A stretch of DNA of 64,000 bases from Octopus vulgaris (taxonomy: Eukaryota): NCBI GenBank assembly GCA_951406725.2, contig OX597823.1:23312001-23376000 (forward strand), read 5' to 3'. Under the pieces are notes generated by a model. It saw only the letters and a list, made by a program, of their open reading frames with translations, had not been told where the DNA came from and made no database searches. Shown here piece after piece: positions 23,960 to 37,255 of this stretch (positions are counted from its first letter, which is position 1; every line of letters starts with the position of its first letter). The position numbers were made by a program, and so were the translations under genes.

Positions 23960-26900
23960 CACTTGTTTATTTCAACTAAAAAACTTCAGATCATCTGTGT
24001 TTAGTGTGACACAAGAAACCAGCACCATTTTGTGCGAGATCTCACCTACAACTATGTTTGCCATGCGCGAGACCACAGCGAGGCTCTTGTGGGCAACATC
24101 TATTTAAGGAGGTGTATTGAGCAACCCGTCACTTCTCTCTGTTGGCGCTAAGGCCTTCAGGTTGGTTGGCATCTACATGCCTGGGATTCTAGGCAAACGG
24201 GTTGGTTTTTTTCGACGCCTGGAGAACTTCCTGGTGACCTCAAGGACTGTAGTCATGTTAGGTGACTTTAATGCTATACTGGATGCATGCCTGGATAGCG
24301 TATGCTCAAAAGGTAAAACTCATGCCTCATTGATCTGCTGAAGTGCTTCAGACTGGTTGATCAATATAGACTTGACAATCCAAACGTCCCAATGTGGACT
24401 TGGGCCAGGAACGACAGATTGGTCAGGTCTTATATAGATAGGATTGTAGTAAGCGTTAGAGATAAGTGTAGTTTTAGTTGTCCACAGTTCACTTATGTAC
24501 CCTACTTGAATCACAAATTAGTGGCGTGTAGGGTGCACATAGATAAGGTGCATAGACAGGGATCTGGATATTGGAAGCTAAACAAGACATTACTGGATTA
24601 CGAGGCGTACTGTAGCCAGATTAAGGTGTTAGTTAAGAGGGCACTAACTGGTTCTGGCATTAACAACCGGTGGTGGAGTGCCCTCAAAAGAGCCTTTCGA
24701 ATGGAGTTGATTAGATTTAGCAAACAGTTAAGTCTAGAGTAGGAAGGGAATTAGTTAAGGCATTAAAAGAGGCACTGAAAACGGGCTCTGGGTCACAAGT
24801 GTTGGCAGCGAGATCGGCACTGGATTGACATCTCAATGCCAGACACGAAGGATGCAGAGTCCGGGCTAGGATATGTGCAATGGGCCGTGAAGGTATCAAT
24901 GCTGCTAGATGGGCTCGCTTGGAAGAAACCCAACGTGGCATCGATGCCACGATTGGGTCTTTGGCAGATGAGAACGAACAGGAGATCCAAGGTCAAGAGG
25001 AGATATGTGAGGCCTTTCACAAGCTCCTTGCTGCATTGTTCAGGAGGGGCAGGACATTGGACCACAGAGATGCCTTACGGCGTTTTCTGACCGGCAGCCC
25101 ATGTCTTTCGGCTCGCGATGCTGAGCGCTGTGAAGGACCAATCACAGCCAAAGAGATCATAGAGGTACTTTCCAAGTGCCCCGGGGACAAGGCGCCGGGT
25201 CTGGATGGTCTACCTTACGAATTTTATAGTAGTATGCCAGACTTGTTCGGGAACTTACTGGCCAGTGTGTACACGAATTGGCAGCAGAATGGTAGAATTC
25301 CCAAGGCTGTAAACCGAGGAGTGGTGACACTGATCAGGAAAGACCCGAACAAGGGGGATAACATTAATAATTTTTAGCCCATAACTCTGCTAAACACAGA
25401 GTTAAAGATTTTGGCCAAGGTGCTTGTGAAGAGAGTTAGGGTTGTCATGAGCGACCTGGTGGGAGAAGCACAGACATGTGCCATCCCAGGAAGGATGATA
25501 CACGACAACCTTTACCTCATTCGCTACACCATAGAGCGGGTTGGTAAAATGCATGGCAATGGTGGGGCACTGGTGAATTTAGACCAGTCTAAGGCATTAG
25601 ATAGGGTTGACCATGAGTATCTGGCGGTAGTCCTCTGGGCGGCCGGATTTGGCCCGACCTTCTGAGGCTGGATCAAAGCCATGTATGGCAATATCAAATC
25701 TGTAGTTCAAGTGTTCGGTTCGCCAGGGCTGCCCCCAGTCCCTGCTACTGTATGTATTGGCAGTGGAGCCACTGTTGCAGAAGTAGAGGGACATGGGGAT
25801 GGACCTGCGTGATATGTGTTGTGGAGCAAATGTGATGACTTATGCGGATGACATCACCATCATCATATCCGATGAAAGGCAGCTACCGTGGATAGAAGAT
25901 GCCATCAGAGGATACGAAACGGTGGCAGGAGCTAAAATTAATCAGGAAAAATCAGTCGGCTTGCAACTTGGCACCTGGCAGGGCAAGTCGATGCCTCCCA
26001 ACAGCATCATTGGGCACTGGACGGAGGGCCCGGTTAAAATGCTTGGGGTCTGGTTTGGACTGGACCTCCAGGTGGAGAAGAACTGGAGTGAGGTGATGAG
26101 CAAGGTGACAGCCATAGCCCAGAAGTGGTCTGGGAGGAAGTTATCCTTGTTGGGAAGGGCGGAGGTTGCACAGTGTTCATAGCATCTGTGATAACCTACT
26201 GCCTAACCATCGTGCTTTGCCCAGGTTTGTGTCTAACCAAGTTGGAGCGGATCCTTTTCCGCTTTTTATGGGAAAGTAGAAATCCACTTGTGAAGCGCTC
26301 CATCTGTTGCCAGAAACCATTAAAGGGTGGGCTAGGGATGCCCTGGCTAATGATGTACAAGTACGTGCTGAGGCTGAGACATCTCCGATGCCACCTGGAT
26401 GGTGAGCAGGTGTGGTCAATGCATGCTGAGCAGATCTGCCCAAAGTTAAAGTCCTTTGTGGACTTAGGTACATGGATCACGCAGAAACTCAAGTTGGGGG
26501 AATGGCGGGAGGAGTGCAGACAAGTACTATCCCTCTTCTCTCGAGTGAGCAATGCTGACAGCAGGGTTACCACAGTGGATTTTTATAGTGGGTTGGTAGA
26601 GCTTAAGTCCGATGATGTCTGGGCTTTGATGAGAAGCAGCTAGCCGACCTGTTTGGGAGGACTTTCGGGTCAAGATTTCTGGATAACTACCAGAAATCCA
26701 TGACCTAGTTGTACTACTGATCGGCTTTACCGGTTCAGAAAAGGTTGTCTAGGCATGGGTATGACATCTACCCCAAGTGTCCGAGGTGCGGGCGTGCCAG
26801 TGAAATGGTTACGCATGCCTTCATACACTGTGAGGAGTTGAGGGAGTTGATGGCCTTTGCTGAACAGCTGTTGTCGGATGCAGAAAGAGTACGGCTCTTG

Positions 26901-27431
26901 TCTGAGTCCATGATAAAGATTGTACCACCTTCCTCTTTCGCCAAAGAAAAGAAGGTAGCTTTTCTCTGTGTAGTAACCATACTGAAAGATGTGGTATGGA
27001 AGACGCGAGCAAAAGGGATTGTGACAGGTCAATTCATCTCCGGACGTGGGCTGGTGAATTACTTCACTGCCCATCTGTCCAGCAAGATCCGTCTGGAGAG
27101 GAGGAGCCTGCCGCAAAGAGCGTTTGGAAAAAGATGGACGACAGTGGTAAGAAGGATGAGAATGCACGAAGCTGTACTTGCACGGTTGGTCGGAGCATAA
27201 AAGAAAGGAAAAAGATTACCAAAAGGGATAACCAACTGGCGGGTTAATTCACTAACCCGGACCCAAATTTCATTCAATCATCATTTATATTTTTAACTCC
27301 CATCTGCAAAATATATGTAAATCCATCTTTTCATAGTGTATATAAGAAGCGTGTTTGCATTCTACATGTCCCTTGTCTGTCCTTGCAATGTCCCCTATAT
27401 GTAAACCTTTTTATAGGTAAATAAAGAAATA
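23960..27431 (+). mobile_element. Tx1/L1-like LINE, ORF2 pseudogene (APE endonuclease + RT + zinc finger) and 3' UTR
   Basis: QET, LGDFN, SYIDRI, GSGYWKLN; KAPGLDGLPYEFY, PITLLNTELKILAK, LDQSKALDRVDH, YADDITI, GGLG, CPRC..H..IHC; many stops and frameshifts; ends AAATAAAGAAATA. Confidence 0.92.
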
Positions 27432-27840
27432 TCTCTCCATTGGCACTCACATTGAACAACACTGCAACCTAGCAGCTCACAGCGGATTCTTAACCCGCTC
27501 TAACTTTACCCGTTATCTCAAGAGGTAATGTACCTCTCGCGAACGGAGCTAACGAACTACGCGTTGATATACAAATGGTTGCCGGGAGCAAACCCCATGA
27601 AATGAGAACCAAATAAACAACCATTGAATTGCATTCACTTGTAAGCCTCTTCTTCTTCAAGTTCCAGAATCCTAAGACTACAAAAAATAATTGTAATGGG
27701 CAAAGGAGATACCTTCTAGTTCCATTATAAAATGGTGACCCCGACCAAGAAAAAGAATTTCGGCAGCCTCAGAGCTTTATTGTTGTAGATGCCTCACTTG
27801 AACTACAGAATGGCAGTTTTCGCTTGCCTTCTCAACAACA
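27432..27840 (+). mobile_element. Gypsy LTR remnant with tRNA-Trp primer-binding site
   Basis: TGGTGACCCCGAC at 27733-27745 is complementary to the tRNA-Trp 3' end; preceded by ~300 bp CpG-richer LTR-like DNA with AATAAA. Confidence 0.55.
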
Positions 27841-28099
27841 AAAAAAAAAAAAAAATCAATGGCCCGACGTCAGGATATCTTGTCTCGTGTAAGTGAACCT
27901 TTAGAATTCAGGTTCTTCGCCTTGAACTCGTACCTAGAAGAGTATGCATTTTTCTTACAAGGAAAAATACACAGTATTCTTTCAAATAATCTCCTGTTGA
28001 AGTAATTTCTCCCACAATGGGATCTTTTCACTTTGACCGGTAGATTCTGCCGTAGTTTGTCAACAACATTTTCTGGCAGTGTCATCTCAATTTGTCACT

Positions 28100-28870
28100 G
28101 TTATTTATGAGAAAAAAGATACCCTGTGACCATAAACTGAGGGGTCACTCATAAACAGAGCTGGATAACAAAACCGTTCCCTCTTTTGTGTCCATCCATA
28201 ATTATGACCCTAGTGTCTCACTTCTTTTACAATTGCTTTGTCTATGTATAATAGAGCATGTGTTCCTCTGTCTTTCTTCCTGCAACCATTCTGTTCCTCT
28301 GGCAGTAAATTCTAGCTGTGAAGATCTTGTAAATGCTTTCTGGAAACATTTTTTTTAACAGCTTCCATGCTAATGGTAAGCAAATGACTGGTCTATAATT
28401 ATAAGCTATATTACCCTTGCTTTTGTCTTTCCTAAGGAGTATTGTTTTTCTTGAAGCCATCCAATGAAGCATTACTCCTCCATTCAAGTAATCCTGAAGT
28501 TGTTCTTTCACTTTCTCAAGTAAGCTTCCAAATTTCATTAACCATGAACTAAATCTGGTCCTGGGCCTAAGCAATTTGATACTCTTCTTAACACTTCGCT
28601 CATTAATGCACTAATTAGTTTTAGATTTGGCTGCTTCTCACTAACTACTTCTACCCTTACTTTCTTTAATCATGCTGCATCTCCATTATGACTGACTGGC
28701 TTATCCCAAATATTACTCACAGATCTCTTTAGCTTTTTCAGCCTTAGGCTTTCACCTTCAGTAGTTTCTTCTATACTATTTATTTGGTGATAAAAATCTC
28801 CTCTGGTCTGTCTCAAGCAATCTGTTCTGTTGATATTGATCTACTCTTTTCTGATATCTCATTTTCCTGG
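28100..28870 (-). mobile_element. REL-type (R4/Dong-like) LINE RT fragment
   Basis: KTILLRKDKSKGNIAYNYRPVICLPLAWKLL. Confidence 0.75.
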
Positions 28871-28879
28871 AAAACTAAA

Positions 28880-29399
28880 GAAGCAAATTAGGCATAGGAT
28901 TTTTGATGCCTGAATACATAGGATAGAATGTGCGTACAACAGAAACAAGGCACAACTTTAATTTGATTAGGAAGTGTGGATACATGTTGTCTTGCCTATT
29001 ATAGTCTGATGGCATTCATGTCTTTAAAATTTATTTTATTCATTTAAATGTATTGTTCTCTGTTTTGCATTCATAAAAAATTCTTATTTTAAATGATAAA
29101 TGCACCAAATTATGTCATTCTTCATCTATTTCTGTTGTATGTTTTTAACATGTTTGATCATGGATGATAATGGCTACTTTATCTTTCATCTTGACATTAC
29201 TGAAACAAATTGAAAAAGTCCTGTTGAATAACAATGTATTTTGCACAAAGCAAGTTCCACATTACATGTCAAATCCAACTTTGGATTGATTTATTCTTCT
29301 TACACTAGTGAATACCTTTGATGTCCAGTAGTTTTCTCACTTGCATTCTTGTATGATTAATTAAATGACATTTTCATAAATAAACATTGGAATATAGAG

Positions 29400-29400
<1 letters not shown>
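28880..29400 (+). repeat. local triplicated segment, copy A
   Basis: aligns with 30300-30800 and 43510-44060 (e.g. CATTACATGTCAAA.CCAA.TTTGG.TTGATTTATTC...GTGAATA..TTTGATGTCCAGT.GTTTTCTCACT). Confidence 0.85.
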
Positions 29401-29434
<34 letters not shown>

Positions 29435-30177
29435 TACAGTCACACATACACGCATGTATACATGACCACTTATTTTGTTGTCAACTCTAACATTAATTTA
29501 TCATCATTATCATCATCATCTTCATAGTTTTAATGTCTGCTTTTTTGTGACTGCATGGGTCAGCCATGACAATGTTGAGGCAGACTTTTCTATGTATTGA
29601 TAATCTTTTTCACCAACCCTTACTTGCTTCCTGGCATAGTAATGTTTCCCCTAATCTGTTGACTAATGAACAGCCTAGACATACTTTTTTGAGTGAAGAA
29701 TTGTAAATAGATAACTGACTCCATTTTGCATGAATGAGGATCTTTGTTTACAGTCAGTGTTCATATGTGAAGACAAGAGGAATGCATACACATTCACTCC
29801 ATCACACATAAACTAGCATACACACACGCATGCATGACAGGTCTCTTCCAGTTTCCACTTACTGAAATTTACTTACATGGTGTTGGTTGACTCATGGCTT
29901 CATGGCTACAGTAGAAGACACATTGCTGATCAATTTCTGGCTCTCTAATTCCCTCAATTGTGATCCTATGGGTTACTATATATGAGGTGTGGTTGAGAAA
30001 GATACCAAGCACTCTGTCTGCAGCATCAAGGCCAAGCTGGTGGTCAAGTTTGAAGAGATGTTCAAAGATCTTCTCAGGGACATAGTGAGGAATGCATGCA
30101 CCATGTTCTGCAACTATCTTGAGGCCATGGTGGAAACTTTTTTTGAATGGGATATTGCATTTTCTTTCCCCATTTAG

Positions 30178-30800
30178 CCTGAATACCCTGCAGAGCTGAG
30201 TCACATATCCAGAGAATTTCAGAAAACGAAACAACATTTTGTAAAGTTTATGAGGAACCAAAATACAATCTGAAATAGTGAATCTAGCAAATAAGAATGA
30301 CGAGATCAGTGGCACATAATTTTGATGGCTGAATTCATATGATAGTAGGTATGTACAAGAGAGGAAGGACACAGCTTCACATTGATTGAGCTATGTGTGA
30401 ATAAATGTTGCCTGCTATAGACTGATAATGCCATTTTTAAAATTTAAATTGATTTTATTAATGTTAAAAGTATTATATTCCTATTTTACATTCACAAAGA
30501 AAATTTACTAATTGTAAATGATAGATACATTAAATTATATCAGTGATCATCTATTTCTATTGTATGGCTGTAGACATTTAATGGCTACTTTATCTCTCAT
30601 CCTAAAATTATTGAAAGAAATAGAAAAGGTTCAGTTGAATAACAACATATCATGCACAAAGCAAGCACCACATTACATGTCAAAGCCAATTTTGGATTGA
30701 TTTATTCATCATATATTAGTGAATACCTTTGATGTCCAGTGGTTTTCTCACTAGTATTCTTGTATGATTAATTAAACGACTTTTTAGTAAGTAAACATTA
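30178..30800 (+). repeat. local triplicated segment, copy B (possible orphan terminal exon + 3' UTR)
   Basis: pyrimidine tract + tag|PEYPAELSHISREFQKTKQHFVKFMRNQNTI-TGA(30273); AATAAA at 30400. Confidence 0.6.
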
Positions 30801-31544
30801 GAACATAGTCTTTCTCACAGATACAGTTTCTCTCTCTCTCTCACACACACATGCACACTTAAAGTGAAACTTTCTTTGTTGACATGCCATATGATGACCA
30901 TCTGTTCGGTAGTCAACATAAGCAATGATAAATCATCACCATCATCTTCATTAGTGCCATCCACCACCACTGCCACCACCATCACCACCAGCACCAGCAC
31001 TACACTCATCACCACCACACTCACCACCTTCACCATTGTCATCATCGTCATCAAAAATATGCTCGTTGAGGCAAATTTTTCTTTGGCTGGAAAGTCTTCC
31101 TGTTGTCAACTCTCACCTGTTTTCAAGCAAGTTGATATTTCCCCATGTTCATAGAACAAGGATCTATCTGGACATGCTTTCATGAAAAATTGTATACAAA
31201 TGTATTAAAGGTGATCTTTGTTTATAACCAGTTTGCACATATCAGGATAAGGGAACACACACATTTACACAGGGCTCTTCTAGTTTCCATGTATCATATT
31301 TCACTCACAACCTGCAGCTGTAGTAGAAAAGATCCGTTGCTGATTAGACATGATTAGCTGCACTGCTGACATAATTATGTGTGATGCTGATATTAAGTTG
31401 CTCTGGCGTTAACACGATTAGCTCTGATATTCACATGGTTAGTTGTGATAGAACTGATTGATACACAATAGCGATAAGTAGCTTTTACAATGTCATATTA
31501 CAGGGTTTGTGTGACAAAGAGTGAAAGTATAATATACCTTATTA

Positions 31545-32422
31545 TGAGGTGGTTTCATAAAATTCCCTGACAATTTTTGTAGTGCACCAACGGATGGCAG
31601 CACACAGTTGTATGCGCAGTGAGAGGTAGCGGAGACCTTCATGAGGCAGTGTGCCAAGTGACATCACTGTGTTTACTTCGCAAGTCGAGAAATATTTGTG
31701 TTTTTGTGATCGTGTATATGCCACGGTCTGTGATTTTGTCATGGACAAGAAGTCGAAAGAAAAAGCTAACGTGAAATTTTGCATTAAACTTAGGAAGTCT
31801 GCTACAGAGGTATTGAGCATGCTTTGGCAAGCTTATGGTGATGAGGCAATGGGTTGTATGCATTGTTTCGAGTGGCACAAATACTTCAAAAGGGGAAGAA
31901 CCTCTGTGGAAGACAGTGAGTGATGTGGAAGACCTGCCACAAGCATCAGCCTCAGAAATTTAGAATTGTGCATTGAGAATTTATCCCCCAGGACCAGACT
32001 GTCAATCAAGAGTTCTGCTGCAACGTTTTGAAATATTTGAGGAATAATATTCAGTGAAAGTGACTGGATCTGTGGAGCACAAAGAATTGGTTTCTGCATC
32101 AAGCTCTCTTCACTCATGAGTTTCTTGCCAAAAACATAGTATTGTTTCCACACCAGCAGATTTCCATCTCTTCCCCAAGATGAAAATGCAGCTCAAAGGT
32201 TGCTGTTTTAACACCATTGTCAAGATCCAGAGTGAATCCCAGAAAATCCTCAACTCATTTATGGAAAATGACTTCCAAGTTGGATTCTAAAAGTGACAGG
32301 AATGCTGGGACTAATGTATTGCTGTGCAAGGTTACTAGTTTGAAAGAGATGATGTTAAAACTTAGGCAAATAAGTTTTTTTTTTTATTAAAACTAGTCCT
32401 AGAACATTCTAATATCACCTCA
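31545..32422 (+). mobile_element. internally deleted mariner
   Basis: TIRs TGAGGTGGTTTCA.. / ..AATATCACCTCA with TA flanks; MDKKSKEKANVKFCIKLRKSATEVLSMLWQAYGDEAM...FEWHKYFKRGRTSVED HTH. Confidence 0.85.
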
Positions 32423-33204
32423 TATAATGGCACTTTAGAGTAAAAATATCTATTTCAAAATTATTTCATTGTGTTAAGGACATCAAGAACTTTATTATTT
32501 GTAGATTTGACTTTGTTTTCAATTGTGATTGACTGATTTCATTCTTTATAGTTTTTTTGTAATATCTTAACTTGCATTTGCATTTTGTGCACCAAGTCAA
32601 AAGCTTCTATTTTGACTTGAATTTATTCATCCACTGCATTGAATGTGGTATAATTTATTAAAAAATTAATTAATTATTAGAAAATTAAGTTTACATCTTC
32701 TAAAGTGATCTTTACTTTTGTGTGTGGTGCAAAAATTAGTCAAGCATTTTCTGGATGTGTAGGGGTTTAGAAAAGGTCATAGTTGCGAAATTGCATGGCT
32801 TTGTAGGTAAGAAGTTCCATTCACATGGTTTTAGGTTCAATCCCACCGTTTGGCACCTTGAACAAGTGTCTTCTACAATAGATTTGGGCTGACCCAAGTT
32901 TTGTTAGAGGATTTGGTAGATGGAAACTGACAGAAGCCTATGTATGCATATATTCTTTTATTCTATTACTTGTTTCAGTCACTTGCCTATGGTCATGCTG
33001 GAGCACCACCTTAAAGGGTTTTTTAGTCAAAGAAATTGACCCCAGGACTTATTCTTTGTAAGTTTAGTACTTATTCTATTGGTCTCTTTCACCAAACCAC
33101 CAAGTTACAGGGATGTAAACACATCAACATTGGTTGTCAAGTGATTGTGGGAGGATAAACACAGACACAAAGACAAACACACATACCCCCACCCCCCACA
33201 CACA

Positions 33205-33362
33205 TGGTGGGCTTCTTTCAGTTTCCATCTACCAAATCCACTTCCAAGGCTTTGGTCAGCCTGAAGGTATAGTAGAAGACACTTATCCAATGTGCCACTC
33301 AGTGGGACTGAACCTGGAACCATGTGGCTGGGAAGCAAGTTTCTGACCACACAGCCATGCTT
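33205..33362 (-). mobile_element. tRNA/CORE-like SINE (representative copy)
   Basis: minus strand GGTTCCAGGTTCAGTCCCACTG..TGGCAC.TTGG..AAGTGTCTTCTACTATA...GGATTTGGTAGA.GGAAACTGAAAGAAGCCC; copies at ~32795, 41515, 44205, 46575, 53690. Confidence 0.8.
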
Positions 33363-33855
33363 GCATCGTATATATATTATATTTGTGTGTAAAAGTGTGT
33401 TTGTGTGAAGGATTTCTTACCTCATTTGCATCTACACATGCATTTTGCTAATGCTATCATTTGCTTGTCACCCATTACAAAATATGATCAACTTCTCTGC
33501 ATGATCTTCATTAACTAAAAGTCTTGTTTTGGTGACATTTGTTTTCATTTCTCCATGTAAGAATATCTGGACTGTTTGTTGCTTGATAAAGACTGGAAGA
33601 TTATTACTTCACATGGAAGCAGACAGTGGTTAGCAACAAGAAGGGCACCTGTCCCAACATACTGTTATGGGACCCATGTAAGCATGGAAAAGTTGATGTA
33701 AAATGATAACAATGATGAAAATGTAGCTACACAGTGTCTCTGGCCAAATGCTTAGAACCTGTGATCAGCTGCAAATGTAACAGATCTTATATATCCAGCA
33801 CCTATATAAGTAGCATGCTGCAGGTACTATGTTGGTACTGGAGATGGTATATGCA

Positions 33856-34084
33856 AAGCAAGCTGGCAGAAACGTTAGCATGCCGGGCGAAACGCTTAGT
33901 GGTATTTCGTCTGCTGTTATGTTCTGAGTTCATATTCCGCCGAGGTCGACTTTGCCTTTCATCCTTTTGGGGTTGATGAATTAAGTACCAGTTATGCACT
34001 GAGGTCAATATAATCAACTTAATCCGTTTGTCTGTCCTTGTTTGTCCTCCCTGTGTTTAGCCCCTTGTGGGTAGTAAAGAAATA
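33856..34084 (+). mobile_element. tRNA-derived SINE with TSD
   Basis: same family as 18893; TSD GGTATATGCAA at 33845 and 34085. Confidence 0.85.
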
Positions 34085-35035
34085 GGTATATGCAAGGAGA
34101 TGGCATATTTAGTGTTGGAGGCAAAGAATATTCCATGCTATCTCACTCACTTCATAATTATGTATGAAAACTGCTATAAAAATGTTAATGATAACAATTA
34201 TCAAATTTCATTGATATGTCTATTGTTGCTGTTCTCCTTCTCCTCCTCCTCTTACTACTGCTACTGCTGCTGCATAAAAGTTTTCTCTCTTGATGGGGGT
34301 CTATGAATAAGAGTCAGATATCATTGAAGTCAAGTCTATAAGAATCATATTCATATGTTTAATAATTACAGCTTTAGTTTCACTGTGGTATAAGACTTTG
34401 TGGCTAGACCACAGCTTTCAACAGTTTTGCACGAGAATTGAACTAATTGACTTAATGGGGACCACTTATCTAAATGCTGGAAGCAGGAGCTTGAAGATTA
34501 AACCTAGCTCAATCCTCATCAAGGTACAGAAGACGCTGTCGTATACATGGGGAATAATTTCACAAAACTAAAATGCTTAATGTTTTGGAATTATTCCATT
34601 AAGTCTAGAAGAGTTGTCTCCCCTGTTGTACTATTTTCTTTCTCTACTAAAATTACTAGTAATCTTTGTTTGATGTGTCTATCCAGTTTCTTTGGGTATC
34701 CCTGACAACAGGTAACGTCCATTTGGAAGCTTGATGCTTTCTTTGATCACCGATCATCACATACCATATAAATGGTTAGTAAACTCTGAAGATATAGGAC
34801 TCTAGCAGGCAAAATATCTCCCTGATATCATAGTAAGAGGGATACTTCCTGCTGGATAAGAATTCAGTTGCTGAAAGTTAACAGTGAAAGATGATCGGAT
34901 ATCCATTCATTCATTCGGTGAACTAAAAGCATTGAGAAAATGTAGAATAAAGAGCTCCATTGAGAGACTTGGCAAAATCCTTGTAAATGAAAGATTTATA
35001 ACCCAATATCATTTACAAAACAAGTTTGTTAAAAA

Positions 35036-35355
35036 TCTCTCTATATATAAATGGCAAAATGTCTGTGTGTGTGTGTGCGTATCATTTATACAAATTCACA
35101 ATTTTTCAATTAGAGGGCTTGCACTTTCTATGGTCATTAAAAACCGTCCAAGGGTGGTCGTGCACATCTTTACATTTCCCCAGTCACCCCGCAAAGCGAT
35201 TAAAAAATCAATAGAAGTGACTTTTTTGTGAATTTTCTATCCAAAACCCAATCAAAATGCCCAAAACTTGATACGCCAATTGAATGCCGGCTAGCTGTAT
35301 GTGATTGGTTGGAGATTTGGACAGTACTCGCACTATTGCCGGGTCATAGTGCTAG
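35036..35355 (+). mobile_element. non-autonomous Helitron-like element
   Basis: A|TCTCTCTATATATAAA...GCCGGGTCATAGTGCTAG|T; 5' TC, 3' CTAG, inserted between A and T, no TSD. Confidence 0.65.
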
Positions 35356-35476
35356 TATGTGTCATAGTGCTAGTATGTGTCATAGTGCTAGTATGTGTAT
35401 ATATATATATACTAGGTGTGGGCCAATCAGTGCTTTGTGAGTAGATTTGGTAGACAGAAACTGAAAGAAGCCCATC

Positions 35477-35517
<41 letters not shown>

Positions 35518-36374
35518 GGGTAGGCTGGCTTATGGAGTTACTCTGTGTTCCTCGCTCATACAGGGTTTAGCCTTATGGCATATCTTCAGATCTCAAACCC
35601 AGGGTAACCCCATAAATTGGTCTACCCCACTATAATATTAACTGATCTACATCTTAGAGTGTGCTTCTCCTCTAGATTTATGTATTTCTACAAACGATAT
35701 AAGTGTGTCTGTGTTTGGGCCTGTGTTTGTCCTCCACCACTGCTCGACAACCAATATCAGTGTGTTTACATCCCTGTAACTTAGTGGTTCAGCAAAGAGA
35801 CTGATAGAATAAGTACAAGGCTTAAAAATTCTTCAAGGTGGTGCCCCTGCATGACTGCAGTCTAATGACCAATGCAAGTAAAAGATAAAAGATACATACA
35901 TATCATAACAATGTACTCAACTGTTCACACTTAAACTATACACAAGGAATAGACCGTCATTATTGTGTCAATGTTGTTGCTGTTTTCATTAGTGTTGGTG
36001 GCACTAGTGTCATTACAGACTTGGTCTAACTGGGTCTTCAGCAGCACAACCTCTCTCCACTTGTTGTAGCCCCTTGTTATCTCTCTTCTAAGGTTTGGTA
36101 TTTTAAACTTATTCCTGTATCAACCTCAATCTTTGCTTTCTGCAGGTGGTTTCCACTTCAGTCACTTGACACTTCTTTAACTAGCTGTTATTCTCTGTAT
36201 GCAACACATACCCATACATGCACAGTCTTTTCTCTTACATGTTATAACAGATTTCTATAAATTTATTAATACTTTGTCTTTCATTCATACTAACATTCAG
36301 TGCCAACTGGAGCTTACTTTATTTCTTCCTAGCTCTCATATATCCTCTGCATCAAATAGACACATCTTGCTATC

Positions 36375-36760
36375 CTGGAAACACTCTGTCGGTTACGACG
36401 ACGAGGGTTCCAGTTGATCCGAATCAATGGAACAGCCTGCTCGTGAAATTAACGTGTAAGTGGCTGAGCACTCCACAGACACGAGTACCCTTAACGTAGT
36501 TCTCGGGGATATTCAGCGTGACACAGAGAGTGACAAGGCCGGCCCTTTGAAATACAGGTACAACAGAAACAGGAAGTAAGAGTGAGAGAAAGTTGTGGTG
36601 AAAGAGTACAGCAGGGATCACCACCATCCCCTGCCGGAGCCTCATGGAGCTTTAGGTGTTTTCACTCAATAAACACTCACAATGCCCGGTCTGGGAATCG
36701 AAACCGCGATCCTATGACCGCGAGTCCGCTACCCTAACCACTGGGCCATTGCGCCTCCAT
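36375..36760 (-). mobile_element. young tRNA(Arg)-like SINE with 13-bp TSD
   Basis: minus-strand head GGAGGCGCAATGGCCCAGTGGTTAGGG..GACTCGCGGTC..GGTTTCGATTCCC; TSD ACATCTTGCTATC at 36362 and 36761; CpGs retained. Confidence 0.9.
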
Positions 36761-37255
36761 ACATCTTGCTATCATGCAATATCACGCTTCACACACTATA
36801 TGCACACACACACACACACGGGAATCACTGGTATTCATCTGAGAAGTGGGTTATTGTGCACATTACCTTGATGATGCTCCTTGATGAATAAGCAACTCCA
36901 TTATGCACATCAACATTGTTCAGCAGTCAGAATAAACCATCTGAATTTTGTAAACTTGACCTGTAATATAATATGCATGCAATTACTTTTGATTTTATTG
37001 ATATGTTGTAATCCTGGTACTTCATTCTGAATTTACCAAGGTACAATAATGGATAAGACCTATGACCCCACTAAAAGAGCCCTTGATTGAAAGGATACTT
37101 GCCTTAGTTATGTTACTCTAATTGCACCTGGTCTAGATGTCACAGTTGCTGGCTACATTGTCACTGTCAACCATACAATATTGGAGGGAAAGTTAGCATT
37201 TTGGGTCTAGAAAATGATGAGCTCACTTCCTTTTTCTGTCCATAAAGAGTTTAAA

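Noticed and set aside
36680-36760. tRNA-Arg gene on the minus strand
   Set aside because: It is the head of a SINE, continuous with a 300-bp body and bounded by a TSD; the cloverleaf is imperfect
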